A stretch of DNA of 60,797 bases, taken from Candidatus Hydrogenedentota bacterium. GTDB lineage: Bacteria; Hydrogenedentota; Hydrogenedentia; Hydrogenedentales; SLHB01. The stretch covers positions 1 through 60,797 of the forward strand of contig BTVY01000045.1 in NCBI GenBank assembly GCA_045863335.1. Reading direction: 5' to 3'. Shown one piece after another: positions 46,276 to 55,678 of the stretch. The first letter of the stretch is position 1; each line of letters begins with the position of its first letter. The position numbers were made by a program, and so were the translations under genes. The notes under the pieces are model-generated. The model made no database searches. It saw nothing but the letters and a program-made list of their open reading frames with translations, and was not told the origin of the DNA.

Positions 46276-47055
46276 CTAGTACGACCACACATCAGGCAGA
46301 TTGGCTTCGACCAAACGCAGCGCGCGATCCCAATCGATCTGCTCGATTGGCGTGCGATGCGTCCCTTCCGGAATCTCGATATAGATGTACGGGGTTCCCT
46401 GGCGCCTCAGGACACCGGCGATCTTGCGGGAGACTTCCGCAATCAAAACGTCGCGTTCGCCGGACTCGATGTATACCGGCATCGTGAGGGCCTTCGCCGG
46501 GCTCGCGTCGGAAAACGGAAGGGCCGGGCACATTGCGATCACCCCTGCGTACTCGCTTGGATTCGCCATGGCCTCCATTAGGGATTGTTTTCCGCCCAGG
46601 GACGAGCCCGAGAGGACGATTGGCCGAGGTCCGTACTTGGATTCCAGCTCACTCCTCAAGCCGTCAAAATCGGCGATGCGCGCCGTGACGTAGATCCAGC
46701 CACGATCCGCAAGAAGCGTCCGCAGGCGCGCGAAAGTTCCTTCGGCATACTCCGGGTCCATCCCTTGAGTCTCATCACCATCAGCGCCGTGCATATAGAT
46801 CATAATCGGTGCGGCGGGTCTGATCGTCGCCGGTTCCTGGACCATGCAGTACTGGTCCTGGCCCCGGGTGGCTGTCATCGGAAAACTCATGGCATCCGGG
46901 TAGCCGATGGCAATGTTGGAAAAGTCCGGGCGGGAGTACGGTCCAGTCATGAGTTCCGAAGCGGCGGGCACCGTTTCCTCGCCGCAGCCACTCGCGAAGA
47001 TGGCCACGAGAAGAAGGCTAAGCGGAAGGATTGCTGCCGGCTTCTTTCGATCCAT
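46276..47055 (-). CDS. Alpha/beta hydrolase lipoprotein (esterase-like)
   Basis: Lipobox ASG-C, YMHG, GSSLG nucleophile, GERD, GTH. Start uncertain. Confidence 0.75.
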   Translation of the reverse strand: MDRKKPAAILPLSLLLVAIFASGCGEETVPAASELMTGPYSRPDFSNIAIGYPDAMSFPMTATRGQDQYCMVQEPATIRPAAPIMIYMHGADGDETQGMDPEYAEGTFARLRTLLADRGWIYVTARIADFDGLRSELESKYGPRPIVLSGSSLGGKQSLMEAMANPSEYAGVIAMCPALPFSDASPAKALTMPVYIESGERDVLIAEVSRKIAGVLRRQGTPYIYIEIPEGTHRTPIEQIDWDRALRLVEANLPDVWSY

Positions 47056-47207
47056 AGGATGCGAGTATACCATGCGGGACCGCGATGCCGAACAATTCCA
47101 GTAGCGTCGGTGGTAGGTGTTGACGCGTGTCAGGACTGGGATTGCGCCTCTTTCTTGCGGCATACTGTTTCTTTCACACGCGGGTGCAACATGGGGAGCC
47201 AGACTTC

Positions 47208-48629
47208 ATGAAGAGACGCGAGTTCATGCAATCTGTGGCGCTTGGCGCGGCGGCCGTGGGCGCCAACCTGACCGCCGGGGCCGAGACGCCGCGGAAACCG
47301 AACGTGGTCTACGTGTTTGCGGACCAATGGCGCGCGCAGGCCACGGGTTACGCGGGCGATCCCAATGTGCAGACGCCAAATATCGATGCCATGGCGGCCC
47401 AATGCCTCAATCTGCCGAATGCCGTATCCGGCTGGCCGGTGTGCTCGCCGTATCGCGGGAGCCTCATGACCGGGCAGTACCCGCACGTGAATGGCATCTT
47501 CTGCAATGACGTGCCACTCCATCGCGGTTCCATTTCGATTGCCGAAGCCTTCAAAGGCGCGGAATATCAGACCGGGTATATCGGCAAATGGCATCTCGAC
47601 GGTCATGGCCGGTCCAGCTTCATCCCGCGCGAGCGGCGACAGGGATTCGAGTATTGGAAGGTGCTGGAATGCACGCACGACTACAACAAGTCCTACTACT
47701 ATGGCGACTCCGACGAGAAATTGGTGTGGGACGGCTACGACGTATTCGCCCAAACCCGCGACGCGCAGCAGTACATTCGCGATCATGCGGCGAAGGGTCC
47801 CTTCGCGCTGTTTCTGTCCTGGGGCCCGCCACACAATCCCTATCAAACCGCGCCGGAGGCGTACAATGCGCTGTACGATCTCGCCACGCTGCAACTCAGG
47901 CCCAACGTGACACCCGAAATCGAAGAGTCCGCGCGCAAGGATTTGGCCGGGTACTATGCCCACTGCACGGCGCTCGACAAGTGTGTCGGGGACCTTCGTC
48001 AAACCTTACGCGAACAAGGCATCGCGGAAGACACCATCTTCGTATTCACCTCGGACCATGGCGACATGCTCGGGTCGCAAGGCGAGATCAGAAAACAGCG
48101 GCCCTGGGACGAATCCCTGCGTGTGCCTTTCCTGATCGAGTACCCCCGCGTGCTGGGGACCGATGCGCGGTCGGACGAACTCATCATCAATTCGCCGGAC
48201 ATCATGCCGACTCTGTTGGGCTTGTCCGGCATCGCCGTACCTCGGACGGTCCAAGGCACGGATTACAGTCCGGTGTTGCGCGGCGAAAGCAACGATCGGC
48301 CCGAAGGCGCGCTCATGTCGTGCCTTAATCCTTTCGGCGAATGGACGCGCGAGAAGGGCGGGCGCGAATACCGCGGCGTGCGCACGGTGCGGTATACCTA
48401 TGTGCGGTCTCTCGACGGGCCGTGGCTGCTCTACGACAACGAATCCGATCCATATCAAATGGAAAACCTGTGCAACACGCCGGGCGCAGCTTCGGTGCAG
48501 GCACATCTCGACGGACTATTGAATCAGATTCTGGACGACGTGGGCGACGAGTTCCTGCCGGGCGCGGAGTATGTGCGGCGATGGGGATATGAGACGGACG
48601 AGCACGGGACCGTGCCGTACAAGCCATGA
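47208..48629 (+). CDS. Formylglycine-dependent sulfatase, Tat-exported
   Basis: KRREFM, PNVVYVFADQ, CSPYRGSLMTG, GKWHL, PPHNP, SDHGD. Confidence 0.93.
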   Translation: MKRREFMQSVALGAAAVGANLTAGAETPRKPNVVYVFADQWRAQATGYAGDPNVQTPNIDAMAAQCLNLPNAVSGWPVCSPYRGSLMTGQYPHVNGIFCNDVPLHRGSISIAEAFKGAEYQTGYIGKWHLDGHGRSSFIPRERRQGFEYWKVLECTHDYNKSYYYGDSDEKLVWDGYDVFAQTRDAQQYIRDHAAKGPFALFLSWGPPHNPYQTAPEAYNALYDLATLQLRPNVTPEIEESARKDLAGYYAHCTALDKCVGDLRQTLREQGIAEDTIFVFTSDHGDMLGSQGEIRKQRPWDESLRVPFLIEYPRVLGTDARSDELIINSPDIMPTLLGLSGIAVPRTVQGTDYSPVLRGESNDRPEGALMSCLNPFGEWTREKGGREYRGVRTVRYTYVRSLDGPWLLYDNESDPYQMENLCNTPGAASVQAHLDGLLNQILDDVGDEFLPGAEYVRRWGYETDEHGTVPYKP

Positions 48630-50914
48630 AACCTGCCGGGGAAAATACGAAATCCGAATCTCGAAATCCGAAACAAATTCGAATGACCAAAATTCAAAAG
48701 CTTGAAAGGGTGATTCGTTTGGCTATTACGCGAACCCATCGAACCGTGATCAACGGCGCGTTCGCTGTCCTTGTGGCTCTAGCTGGAATCACGGCTCAGA
48801 CGGCCGAGTTTTCGGTTGACCCGGTCACGCGCTACGTCCATGTTACGTATGCCGTTCCGGCGGACACACCCGATACGGTCGAGGTCCATGCCGCGTGGTC
48901 CGTACCAGAGTCCGGTGAATGGCGATCGGCGAAGGTATGGCCGTTGGTATCGGAAACCGCCTTGCGTATGGCGACCAGCGCCGACTGGACGGCGTGGCAC
49001 AACGAGGGCCGCTTCACGGAACGCCGCGCGGCGGGACTGGCCCGGACACTCGTCTTCAACCCCTATCCTGATGCACAGCAGGATGGGCACGTCAACGTCC
49101 AATTCCGAATCTCGATCACGGGTCCGGACGGCGCGGCTTTGTCTGAAGAGATAATTACCATCGATGCGGACAACAGTGACGTCATCTATATCGAAGATTG
49201 GTCGAAAGTCACGACCGCCGACGCGATTACCGCTGATGATGCCACGGATGCCCGCCTCTGGACGTGGCGTTCCGGACAGGAAAACGTGACCTTCGGCAAT
49301 GCGTTGTATGGAAACGCGGGGCCCGACTTGCCGTTGCCGCCGCTGTCTTATCCGCTGGACCTGAGGGGCACCTACGTCCTCTTCGCTTGTTCCGCGCCTT
49401 CGTCGGGCGCGATCGAGCTGCGCTTGACGGGCGACGAACGGTCGGACTCGCTGGCGTCATCACGTCCCGGCGAGGAAATTCTCTGGCGCTGGGCACGCAT
49501 GGATCGGCAGCATCTGGTTCTGGAACAACCGCACAATTACACCGGCTACACGACGGGACACATCGACTACGTCAAGCTCGTCCCCTTGACCGATGAAGTG
49601 GCGACGGTACTGGATGGGCAATTCGGCACGGAGACGGACAAGATCGTCGCTGGATATTTTGAACCATACTCCTGGGCCTTCTCCGGAGATGTCACGCGGC
49701 CCCTTCAACATCGCGAACCCTTGACCGCCTTCGCGCAGGCGCGCATTTCCATCGTCGATATCCAGATCGGCCGGTTTGGGATGAAGTCGGTCTTTGAAAC
49801 GCGCTCGACCGATCAACTGCTCCACGCCACTATCGGCGATCCCATCGGCGCGGTGTCCCGGCCGACGACCGACAACGTGGGCCAGATGCAGCAATACACC
49901 AACACGCTCGACGCGGAACTCCGCTACTCCCGCGAACTCGGTTTGAACGCCCACGCCAATTTCGGGGCGAGCAACTGTTATCCCGGCTCGCCCTTGCAGG
50001 GTGATTTCTCGAAGGAACACCCGGACTGGATGCGCGGGAGCACGTTGCGCTTCGAGGTGCCCGAGGTGCGCGCGTACGCCTTGGGACTGTACCGCGAAGC
50101 GCTGGAGATTGGCGCGAAGGCCCTCTCCATCGATTTCTGCCGGTATCCCGAGACCATCGATGCGGTCGAAACCTGCAATACCTTCCTGAAAGACCTGCGC
50201 GCGTTGGCCGATGAGTTCAGTCCGGTCGAGGGCAAACGCATTCCGATTCTCGTGCGGTTCCCCGGCACCGGCGTGCGCCGTGCGGAACTGTTCGACTACG
50301 CGACGTGGGCACGCGAAGCCTGGGTGGATTACCTGTGTCCGAGCAACATCCAGGGCCGCCACATGAATATTGACATATGGCCCTACTTTCAGGCGGTCAA
50401 AGGCACGCGAACGACGCTGCTGCCCGCAACGGACGGACTCAGTTGGGGACTTCCCTTTCCCGGTCCGTACTTGAATCGCGTGGCGCAACTCTACGAACAG
50501 GGCGCGCCCGGCGTGTATGTATATCAGGCAGACGCGCGCGTTCTGGGCCGTCCTGAAGACCAACGCACGATGCGGCTGCTTGCCAGCAGCGACGCCGTGG
50601 AAGGATGGATCGAGCGTGAAGAGGCAATGCGGCCCAATCGATCCAAGGGCATTTACATTACGACGCCGCACCAGATCGAAGGCTACAACAAATGGGAGCG
50701 CATCCGAATCTGGACGGAGGGCGTTCCCATGGGCGAACTGGAAGTCTACATCGACGACACGTTGGTCAATCGCGTCGACGGTCCGCCGTATCTGGTCGGC
50801 ACCGAAGACAACCAATCCGACAGCGTCATCCCTTCGGGCGAACACGTGTTGCGCATCCGCGCGCGCGACGGCGACGGTTGGTTGGAGCAGACATTCACCA
50901 TCACGGGGGCATGA
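48626..50914 (+). CDS. Secreted hypothetical protein with glycoside-hydrolase-like TIM barrel
   Basis: F..EHPDW...LRFEVPEVRAY...LSIDFCRYP...WAREAWVDYLCPS resembles GHL10-type barrels; signal-like stretch about 40 aa in, so the true start may be downstream. Confidence 0.6.
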   Translation: MKPAGENTKSESRNPKQIRMTKIQKLERVIRLAITRTHRTVINGAFAVLVALAGITAQTAEFSVDPVTRYVHVTYAVPADTPDTVEVHAAWSVPESGEWRSAKVWPLVSETALRMATSADWTAWHNEGRFTERRAAGLARTLVFNPYPDAQQDGHVNVQFRISITGPDGAALSEEIITIDADNSDVIYIEDWSKVTTADAITADDATDARLWTWRSGQENVTFGNALYGNAGPDLPLPPLSYPLDLRGTYVLFACSAPSSGAIELRLTGDERSDSLASSRPGEEILWRWARMDRQHLVLEQPHNYTGYTTGHIDYVKLVPLTDEVATVLDGQFGTETDKIVAGYFEPYSWAFSGDVTRPLQHREPLTAFAQARISIVDIQIGRFGMKSVFETRSTDQLLHATIGDPIGAVSRPTTDNVGQMQQYTNTLDAELRYSRELGLNAHANFGASNCYPGSPLQGDFSKEHPDWMRGSTLRFEVPEVRAYALGLYREALEIGAKALSIDFCRYPETIDAVETCNTFLKDLRALADEFSPVEGKRIPILVRFPGTGVRRAELFDYATWAREAWVDYLCPSNIQGRHMNIDIWPYFQAVKGTRTTLLPATDGLSWGLPFPGPYLNRVAQLYEQGAPGVYVYQADARVLGRPEDQRTMRLLASSDAVEGWIEREEAMRPNRSKGIYITTPHQIEGYNKWERIRIWTEGVPMGELEVYIDDTLVNRVDGPPYLVGTEDNQSDSVIPSGEHVLRIRARDGDGWLEQTFTITGA
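48648..48698 (+). repeat. AT-rich ~7-bp periodic repeat tract (CGAAATC-type)
   Basis: cgaaatc cgaatct cgaaatc cgaaaca aatt cgaatga ccaaaatt caaa. Confidence 0.6.
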
Positions 50915-51708
50915 TTGAAGTGAGTGACACCACGAGCCTGGACTTGTTTCGTCTGGATGGCAAACTCGCGCTGGTCACGGGCGGTTCCGGATTCTACGGC
51001 ACACCCATATCGAGGGCCTTGGCGCAAGCGGGAGCGAAAGTCATCATCGCCTCGCGCAACCGTGACAACTGCGAAGCGCGCGCCGCGGAGTTTCGTAAGG
51101 AAGGGCTTGATTGCGTCGCGGAACAGTTCGACATGGGCGATCCCGCGTCCATCACTGGACTGCGGGACCGCATCGAATCCGAACATGGCGTGCTGGACAT
51201 CCTCGTGAACAACGCGCTGCAGCGGTCTCCCACGCACTATGACGAGGCCACGCCCGAACAGTGGGCCGCCGCGCTGCAGGCTAACATCACGGGTATTCAT
51301 CTTTGCACGAGTGCATTTTCCGCGGCCATGCGGAAGCGCGGCAGCGGCAACATCATCAACATCGCTTCCATCTACGGTGTCGTTGCGCCGAATTTTCAGA
51401 TCTATGAAGGCCTCGATTTCGCGTCCCCGCCCGACTATCCTTTTCACAAAGGGGGTCTCATCGCTTACACCCGCTACTGCGCGAGCCTGTTTGGACCGGA
51501 CGGAGTGCGCGTGAACTGCCTGAGCCCGGGCGGCTACTACTCGGGACAGGCGGAAGTTTTCGTCGATCGGTATAATGCGCGGGTCCCGCTGGGCCGTATG
51601 GCCGACGACGACGATATTGCGGGGCCGGTGGTGTTTCTCGCGTCGGAGGCATCGCGCTATATCACGGGGGCGAACATTCTGGTCGATGGCGGCCTGACGA
51701 TTCGATAA
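50911..51708 (+). CDS. SDR oxidoreductase (PtmA-like subgroup)
   Basis: TGGSGFYG, NNA, IASIYGVVAPNFQIYEG, YPFHK catalytic motif; ATGA-coupled to the upstream gene. Confidence 0.88.
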   Translation: MIEVSDTTSLDLFRLDGKLALVTGGSGFYGTPISRALAQAGAKVIIASRNRDNCEARAAEFRKEGLDCVAEQFDMGDPASITGLRDRIESEHGVLDILVNNALQRSPTHYDEATPEQWAAALQANITGIHLCTSAFSAAMRKRGSGNIINIASIYGVVAPNFQIYEGLDFASPPDYPFHKGGLIAYTRYCASLFGPDGVRVNCLSPGGYYSGQAEVFVDRYNARVPLGRMADDDDIAGPVVFLASEASRYITGANILVDGGLTIR

Positions 51709-51735
51709 TCCCGATTCAGCAGAAGGAATGCAGAA

Positions 51736-52626
51736 GTGAACATTACAGGAATTCTCCCGGCCATTGTGACGCCGTTCGGGCCGGACGGCGATGTGAACAC
51801 GGACGCGCTGCGCAGTCTCGCGGCGTACCAGATTGAGAAAGGATGCAGCGGCTTCTTCGTATGCGGCAGCGCGGGCGAAGGCGTGCTCATGAACATGGAT
51901 GAGCGCAGCCGCGTGGTGGAAGCGATGGTCAGCGAGGCGTCTGGCCAGGTGCCGATTATCGTGCACGTGGGCGCGGTGTCCACCGGCGAGGCCGTCGAAC
52001 TGGCGAAGCACGCGCGCAAGTCCGGCGCCAGCGCGGTGTCGAGCATTCCGCCGCTTTATTACAAGCTTTCGTGGGACGCGATCATCGGACATATCAAGGC
52101 AATCGCCGAAGCGGCAGAGCTGCCGACTTACTACTACCACATCCCCTACATTACGAACGTGGTGCCCACTGCGGCCGAACTGGCGCAGATGATCGACAGT
52201 ATCGAAAACCTCGACGGCATCAAGTTCTCGTCGACGGATCTTTACCTGCTGTGGGAGACGCTCGAGATCGCGCCGCGCAAACCGAATGTGTTGTTCGGTT
52301 CCGATCAACAGTTGCTCGCCGGTCTTGCCATGGGCGCGGACGGCGGCATCGGCTCCACCTACAACTACATGACCGGGTGGTTCGCGGAATTGTACTCGGC
52401 CTTCCAGCGCAACGACTATGCGGGCGCGAAGAAGGTGCAGGACATGATCAACCGCGCCATTCAACTCTACTTCAAGTTCGGCGGCAACCGCGGCACGGAA
52501 AAGATGATGACGTCGCTGCTGGGCTTCGAAATCGGCCCGCCACGCCAGCCCAATTCGCCGTTCCCCGCCGAACGGGTGGATGCCTTGCGCAAGGAAATGG
52601 AGGAACTCGGTCTTATTCCAGGCTGA
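51736..52626 (+). CDS. DHDPS / N-acetylneuraminate lyase (NanA-like) family aldolase
   Basis: ILPAIVTPF, VCGSAGEG, IVHVGA, SSIPPLYY, YHIP, GIKFSS (Schiff-base Lys), GADGGIGSTYN. Confidence 0.85.
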   Translation: MNITGILPAIVTPFGPDGDVNTDALRSLAAYQIEKGCSGFFVCGSAGEGVLMNMDERSRVVEAMVSEASGQVPIIVHVGAVSTGEAVELAKHARKSGASAVSSIPPLYYKLSWDAIIGHIKAIAEAAELPTYYYHIPYITNVVPTAAELAQMIDSIENLDGIKFSSTDLYLLWETLEIAPRKPNVLFGSDQQLLAGLAMGADGGIGSTYNYMTGWFAELYSAFQRNDYAGAKKVQDMINRAIQLYFKFGGNRGTEKMMTSLLGFEIGPPRQPNSPFPAERVDALRKEMEELGLIPG

Positions 52627-52653
52627 CCATCGTAGAGGAAGGACGTTGCTGAC

Positions 52654-55200
52654 ATGATAGAACGCCGGCCCGCATTGGCGGCATGGATCGTTGCAGTTCT
52701 GCTGAGTTGGTGCGCGCTTGCGCAGGAAGCGCCGATTCGCGATCGCCTCAAGTGGTCGGAACTTCCGCCGCTTCCACAGGTCATGTCGGGACACTTCGCC
52801 GGCGTGGCCGACGGATCGCTCGTCGTGGCCGGTGGCTCGTATTTTGAAGTGTCGCCGTGGCAGGGCGGCGAGAAGATCTGGCTCGACGGCGTGTATGCCC
52901 TCGGCGATCCCGCAGGGACATGGGCCGAAGCGGCTTCATTACCGCATGCGCTCGCGTACGGCGGTATGGGCAGCGTGTCAAAAGGCATGGTCCTTGCCGG
53001 AGGTAGCGACGGACAGCAGCATTATGCGACCACCTATCTCCTCTCGCGTTCCGGCGATCAACTCGCCATCAGTGAATTGCCAAATCTGCCGGAGGCTTGC
53101 GCATTCTCCGGGTCCGCCGTGTTGGGCAACACCATCTACGTCGCGGGCGGCCAGCGTGCGCCGGATTCGACGGAGGCCATGCACACGTTCTGGGTGCTCG
53201 ACACGTCTAAAGACGACGCCGTCTGGCAGGCATTGGAACCATGGCCCGGCCCGGCGCGTATCTTACCCGTCGTGTTTGCACAGGAGGGATCGGTGTTCGT
53301 CGTCAGCGGTGCCGACCTCGCGCCCGGCCCGGACGGCACCGCGAAACGCACCTACCTGACGGATGGCTATCGCTACACGCCGGGGCAAGGATGGAAGGCC
53401 ATCGCGCCGTCGCCCCAGCCCATGGTCGCGGCCGCCTCCGCGCCGATCGGACCTTCGTCGGTGATGGTGTTCAGCGGCGATGACGGCAGCCTGGTCGACC
53501 GCAATGCCGAACTCGGCGACAATCATCCGGGATTTCCATCCTCGGTCTGGTCCTACAACACGATTACAAACACGTGGACCCAGGCGTCGGAGATGCCCGA
53601 AGCAGTCGTCACGACGGCGGCTGTTCTTTGGAAAGAACATATCGCGATTCCGGGAGGCGAAGATCGTCCCGGCCATCGTGTTGCCGCCGTCCAGAGTGCC
53701 GCCGCAGACCATACCGCCCGAAAAGGTTTGGTCGCGCCGGACTATATCGTCATGGGATTGTACTTCGCCTTTCTTGTGGCGATAGGTTTCTACTTTTCCA
53801 AACGCGAGAAGAGCAGCGCGGACTTCTTTCTGGGCGGCAAGCGCGTGCCGTGGTGGGCGGCGGGCATCAGCATCTTCGGCACTTTGCTCAGCGCCATCAC
53901 GTTCCTGGCCGTGCCGGCGACGTCGTTCCGGACGGATTGGGTGTATTTCGTGGGGAACGCCTCAATTATCATCGTGGCGCCGATCGTCGTGTACGCTTAT
54001 CTTCCGTTCTTCCGGCGATTGGATATTACCAGCGCCTACGAATATCTGGAGAAACGGTTCAACCGCGCGGTGCGGCTGTTTGGCAGTGCAGCATTTCTGC
54101 TCTTCCAGTTGGGCCGCGTCGGCGTGGTGCTCTACCTGCCGGCGCTGGCGCTGTCCACGTCTACCGGGCTCGACATCCGCCTTTCCATCATCGTCATGGG
54201 GGTTTTGTGCACGCTTTACACGGTGCTCGGCGGCATCGAAGCCGTCATCTGGACCGACGTGCTGCAAGTTTTCGTGCTGCTCGGCGGCGCGTTGCTGTGT
54301 CTCGTGGTCATCGTGATTGACGTCGACGGCGGACTGTCCTCCGTCGTCAGCACCGGCATGGCAGACGACAAATTCCGGCTGGCGAACTGGACCTGGGAGT
54401 ACACCGCCGCGGCGTTCTGGGTCGTGGCCATTGGGCGGACGTTGGAAAACATGATCCCCTATACGACGGATCAGACCGTCGTGCAGCGATACCTCACGAC
54501 GCCGACGGAGAAAGACGCGGCACGCTCCATCTGGCTGGGCTCGTTCATTTCCATTCCCAGCGCTATTCTCTTCTTCGGCGTGGGCACCGCGCTCTACGCT
54601 TTCTACAAGGGGCATCCGCAAGAACTCGACCCCTCGCTCGCGACGGACGCGATTTTCCCCTTGTTCATCATCGAACAGCTTCCCGCAGGAATCAGCGGGT
54701 TGATTATCGCCGCCGTGTTTGCCGCGGCCATGTCGTCGCTGGACTCGAGTCTCAACAGCGTGGCGGCCGTTGTGGTGACCGACTTCTACAAGCCGCTCGT
54801 CCGTGGTTCGAATGAAGGGACCGCCTTCATCCTGGCACGGTGGATCACGGTCCTCATTGGCGCGCTCGGCACGGGCACCGCGCTGCTTATGACCTTCATG
54901 GAGGACATCGGCTCCGTCTGGGAACACTACATGAAGTTGATAGGCCTGTTCGGCGGCGGGTTGGCGGGGCTATTCGCCTTAGGCATCTTCACACGGCGGG
55001 CAACAGGTGCCGGCGCGCTCGTCGGCGCGGCAGTTGGCGCGGTCGTGCTGTACTTCGTGCAGTCGCAGAGCAATCTCAGTTTCCTGCTCTATTCGACCGT
55101 CGGCATCGTCACCAGTTTCGTCGTCGGATATCTCGCCAGCTTTGTCATTGGCAAGAACAACGATCTCGCCGGGCTCACCTGGACAACGCGAACGCGCTGA
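52654..55200 (+). CDS. Kelch beta-propeller (NanM-like) fused to a sodium:solute symporter (SiaT-like)
   Basis: Signal peptide; Kelch repeats (VAGG, LAGG, YVAGG, VSG, IPGGEDRPGHR); SSS motifs FFLGGKRVPWW, LSAITF, SAYEYLEKRF, GGIEAVIWTD, DQTVVQRY, AAMSSLDS. Confidence 0.9.
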   Translation: MIERRPALAAWIVAVLLSWCALAQEAPIRDRLKWSELPPLPQVMSGHFAGVADGSLVVAGGSYFEVSPWQGGEKIWLDGVYALGDPAGTWAEAASLPHALAYGGMGSVSKGMVLAGGSDGQQHYATTYLLSRSGDQLAISELPNLPEACAFSGSAVLGNTIYVAGGQRAPDSTEAMHTFWVLDTSKDDAVWQALEPWPGPARILPVVFAQEGSVFVVSGADLAPGPDGTAKRTYLTDGYRYTPGQGWKAIAPSPQPMVAAASAPIGPSSVMVFSGDDGSLVDRNAELGDNHPGFPSSVWSYNTITNTWTQASEMPEAVVTTAAVLWKEHIAIPGGEDRPGHRVAAVQSAAADHTARKGLVAPDYIVMGLYFAFLVAIGFYFSKREKSSADFFLGGKRVPWWAAGISIFGTLLSAITFLAVPATSFRTDWVYFVGNASIIIVAPIVVYAYLPFFRRLDITSAYEYLEKRFNRAVRLFGSAAFLLFQLGRVGVVLYLPALALSTSTGLDIRLSIIVMGVLCTLYTVLGGIEAVIWTDVLQVFVLLGGALLCLVVIVIDVDGGLSSVVSTGMADDKFRLANWTWEYTAAAFWVVAIGRTLENMIPYTTDQTVVQRYLTTPTEKDAARSIWLGSFISIPSAILFFGVGTALYAFYKGHPQELDPSLATDAIFPLFIIEQLPAGISGLIIAAVFAAAMSSLDSSLNSVAAVVVTDFYKPLVRGSNEGTAFILARWITVLIGALGTGTALLMTFMEDIGSVWEHYMKLIGLFGGGLAGLFALGIFTRRATGAGALVGAAVGAVVLYFVQSQSNLSFLLYSTVGIVTSFVVGYLASFVIGKNNDLAGLTWTTRTR

Positions 55201-55216
55201 CCGTCGTCGCTCGCGT

Positions 55217-55558
55217 TCAGCCCGGGGGCCAGGCCAGATCGCGGCCGCCGAGGACGTGCAGATGAACGTGAAACACGCTCTGCCCCGCCTGGGGTCCACA
55301 GTTCACGACGAACCGGTAATCCGTGAGTCCGTCGAGTTTTGCCACGGCATTCCCAACCAGCATCAACCCACCCAACACCTCCGCGTCGCCATCGGACGCG
55401 TCGCTGACGCGGGCGATGTGGCGTCGCGGAACGACCAGCACATGCGTCGGCGCGCCCGGATTGATATCGCGGAACGCGTAGTAGTTCTCATCTGAGTAGA
55501 CTTCCGTGGACGGAATCTCGCCTCTGAGTATCTTGCAGAACAGGCAATCTTCGGCCAT
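55217..55558 (-). CDS. hinT: Histidine triad nucleotide-binding protein
   Basis: DCLFCKI, AFRDINP, HVLVVP, GQSVFHVHLHVLGGR, WPPG; GGAGG RBS. Confidence 0.93.
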   Translation of the reverse strand: MAEDCLFCKILRGEIPSTEVYSDENYYAFRDINPGAPTHVLVVPRRHIARVSDASDGDAEVLGGLMLVGNAVAKLDGLTDYRFVVNCGPQAGQSVFHVHLHVLGGRDLAWPPG

Positions 55559-55678
55559 GTGAATTGACCTCCCATGAGTAATATCATCACTGGGTTAAGC
55601 GTAGAAGAACGGGATCGGTACCCGCAAATCCGTATATGGTTTCACTGCTCCATGCTTGAGGAGTACACTTTTGGCGCC

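Noticed and set aside
51736-52626. Assigning the symbol dapA or nanA
   Set aside because: Family is clear but specificity is not; motifs deviate from both and no other nan or dap genes are adjacent
50746-52794. 682-aa antisense ORF
   Set aside because: Mirrors the SDR and lyase on the opposite strand; a typical GC-rich shadow ORF
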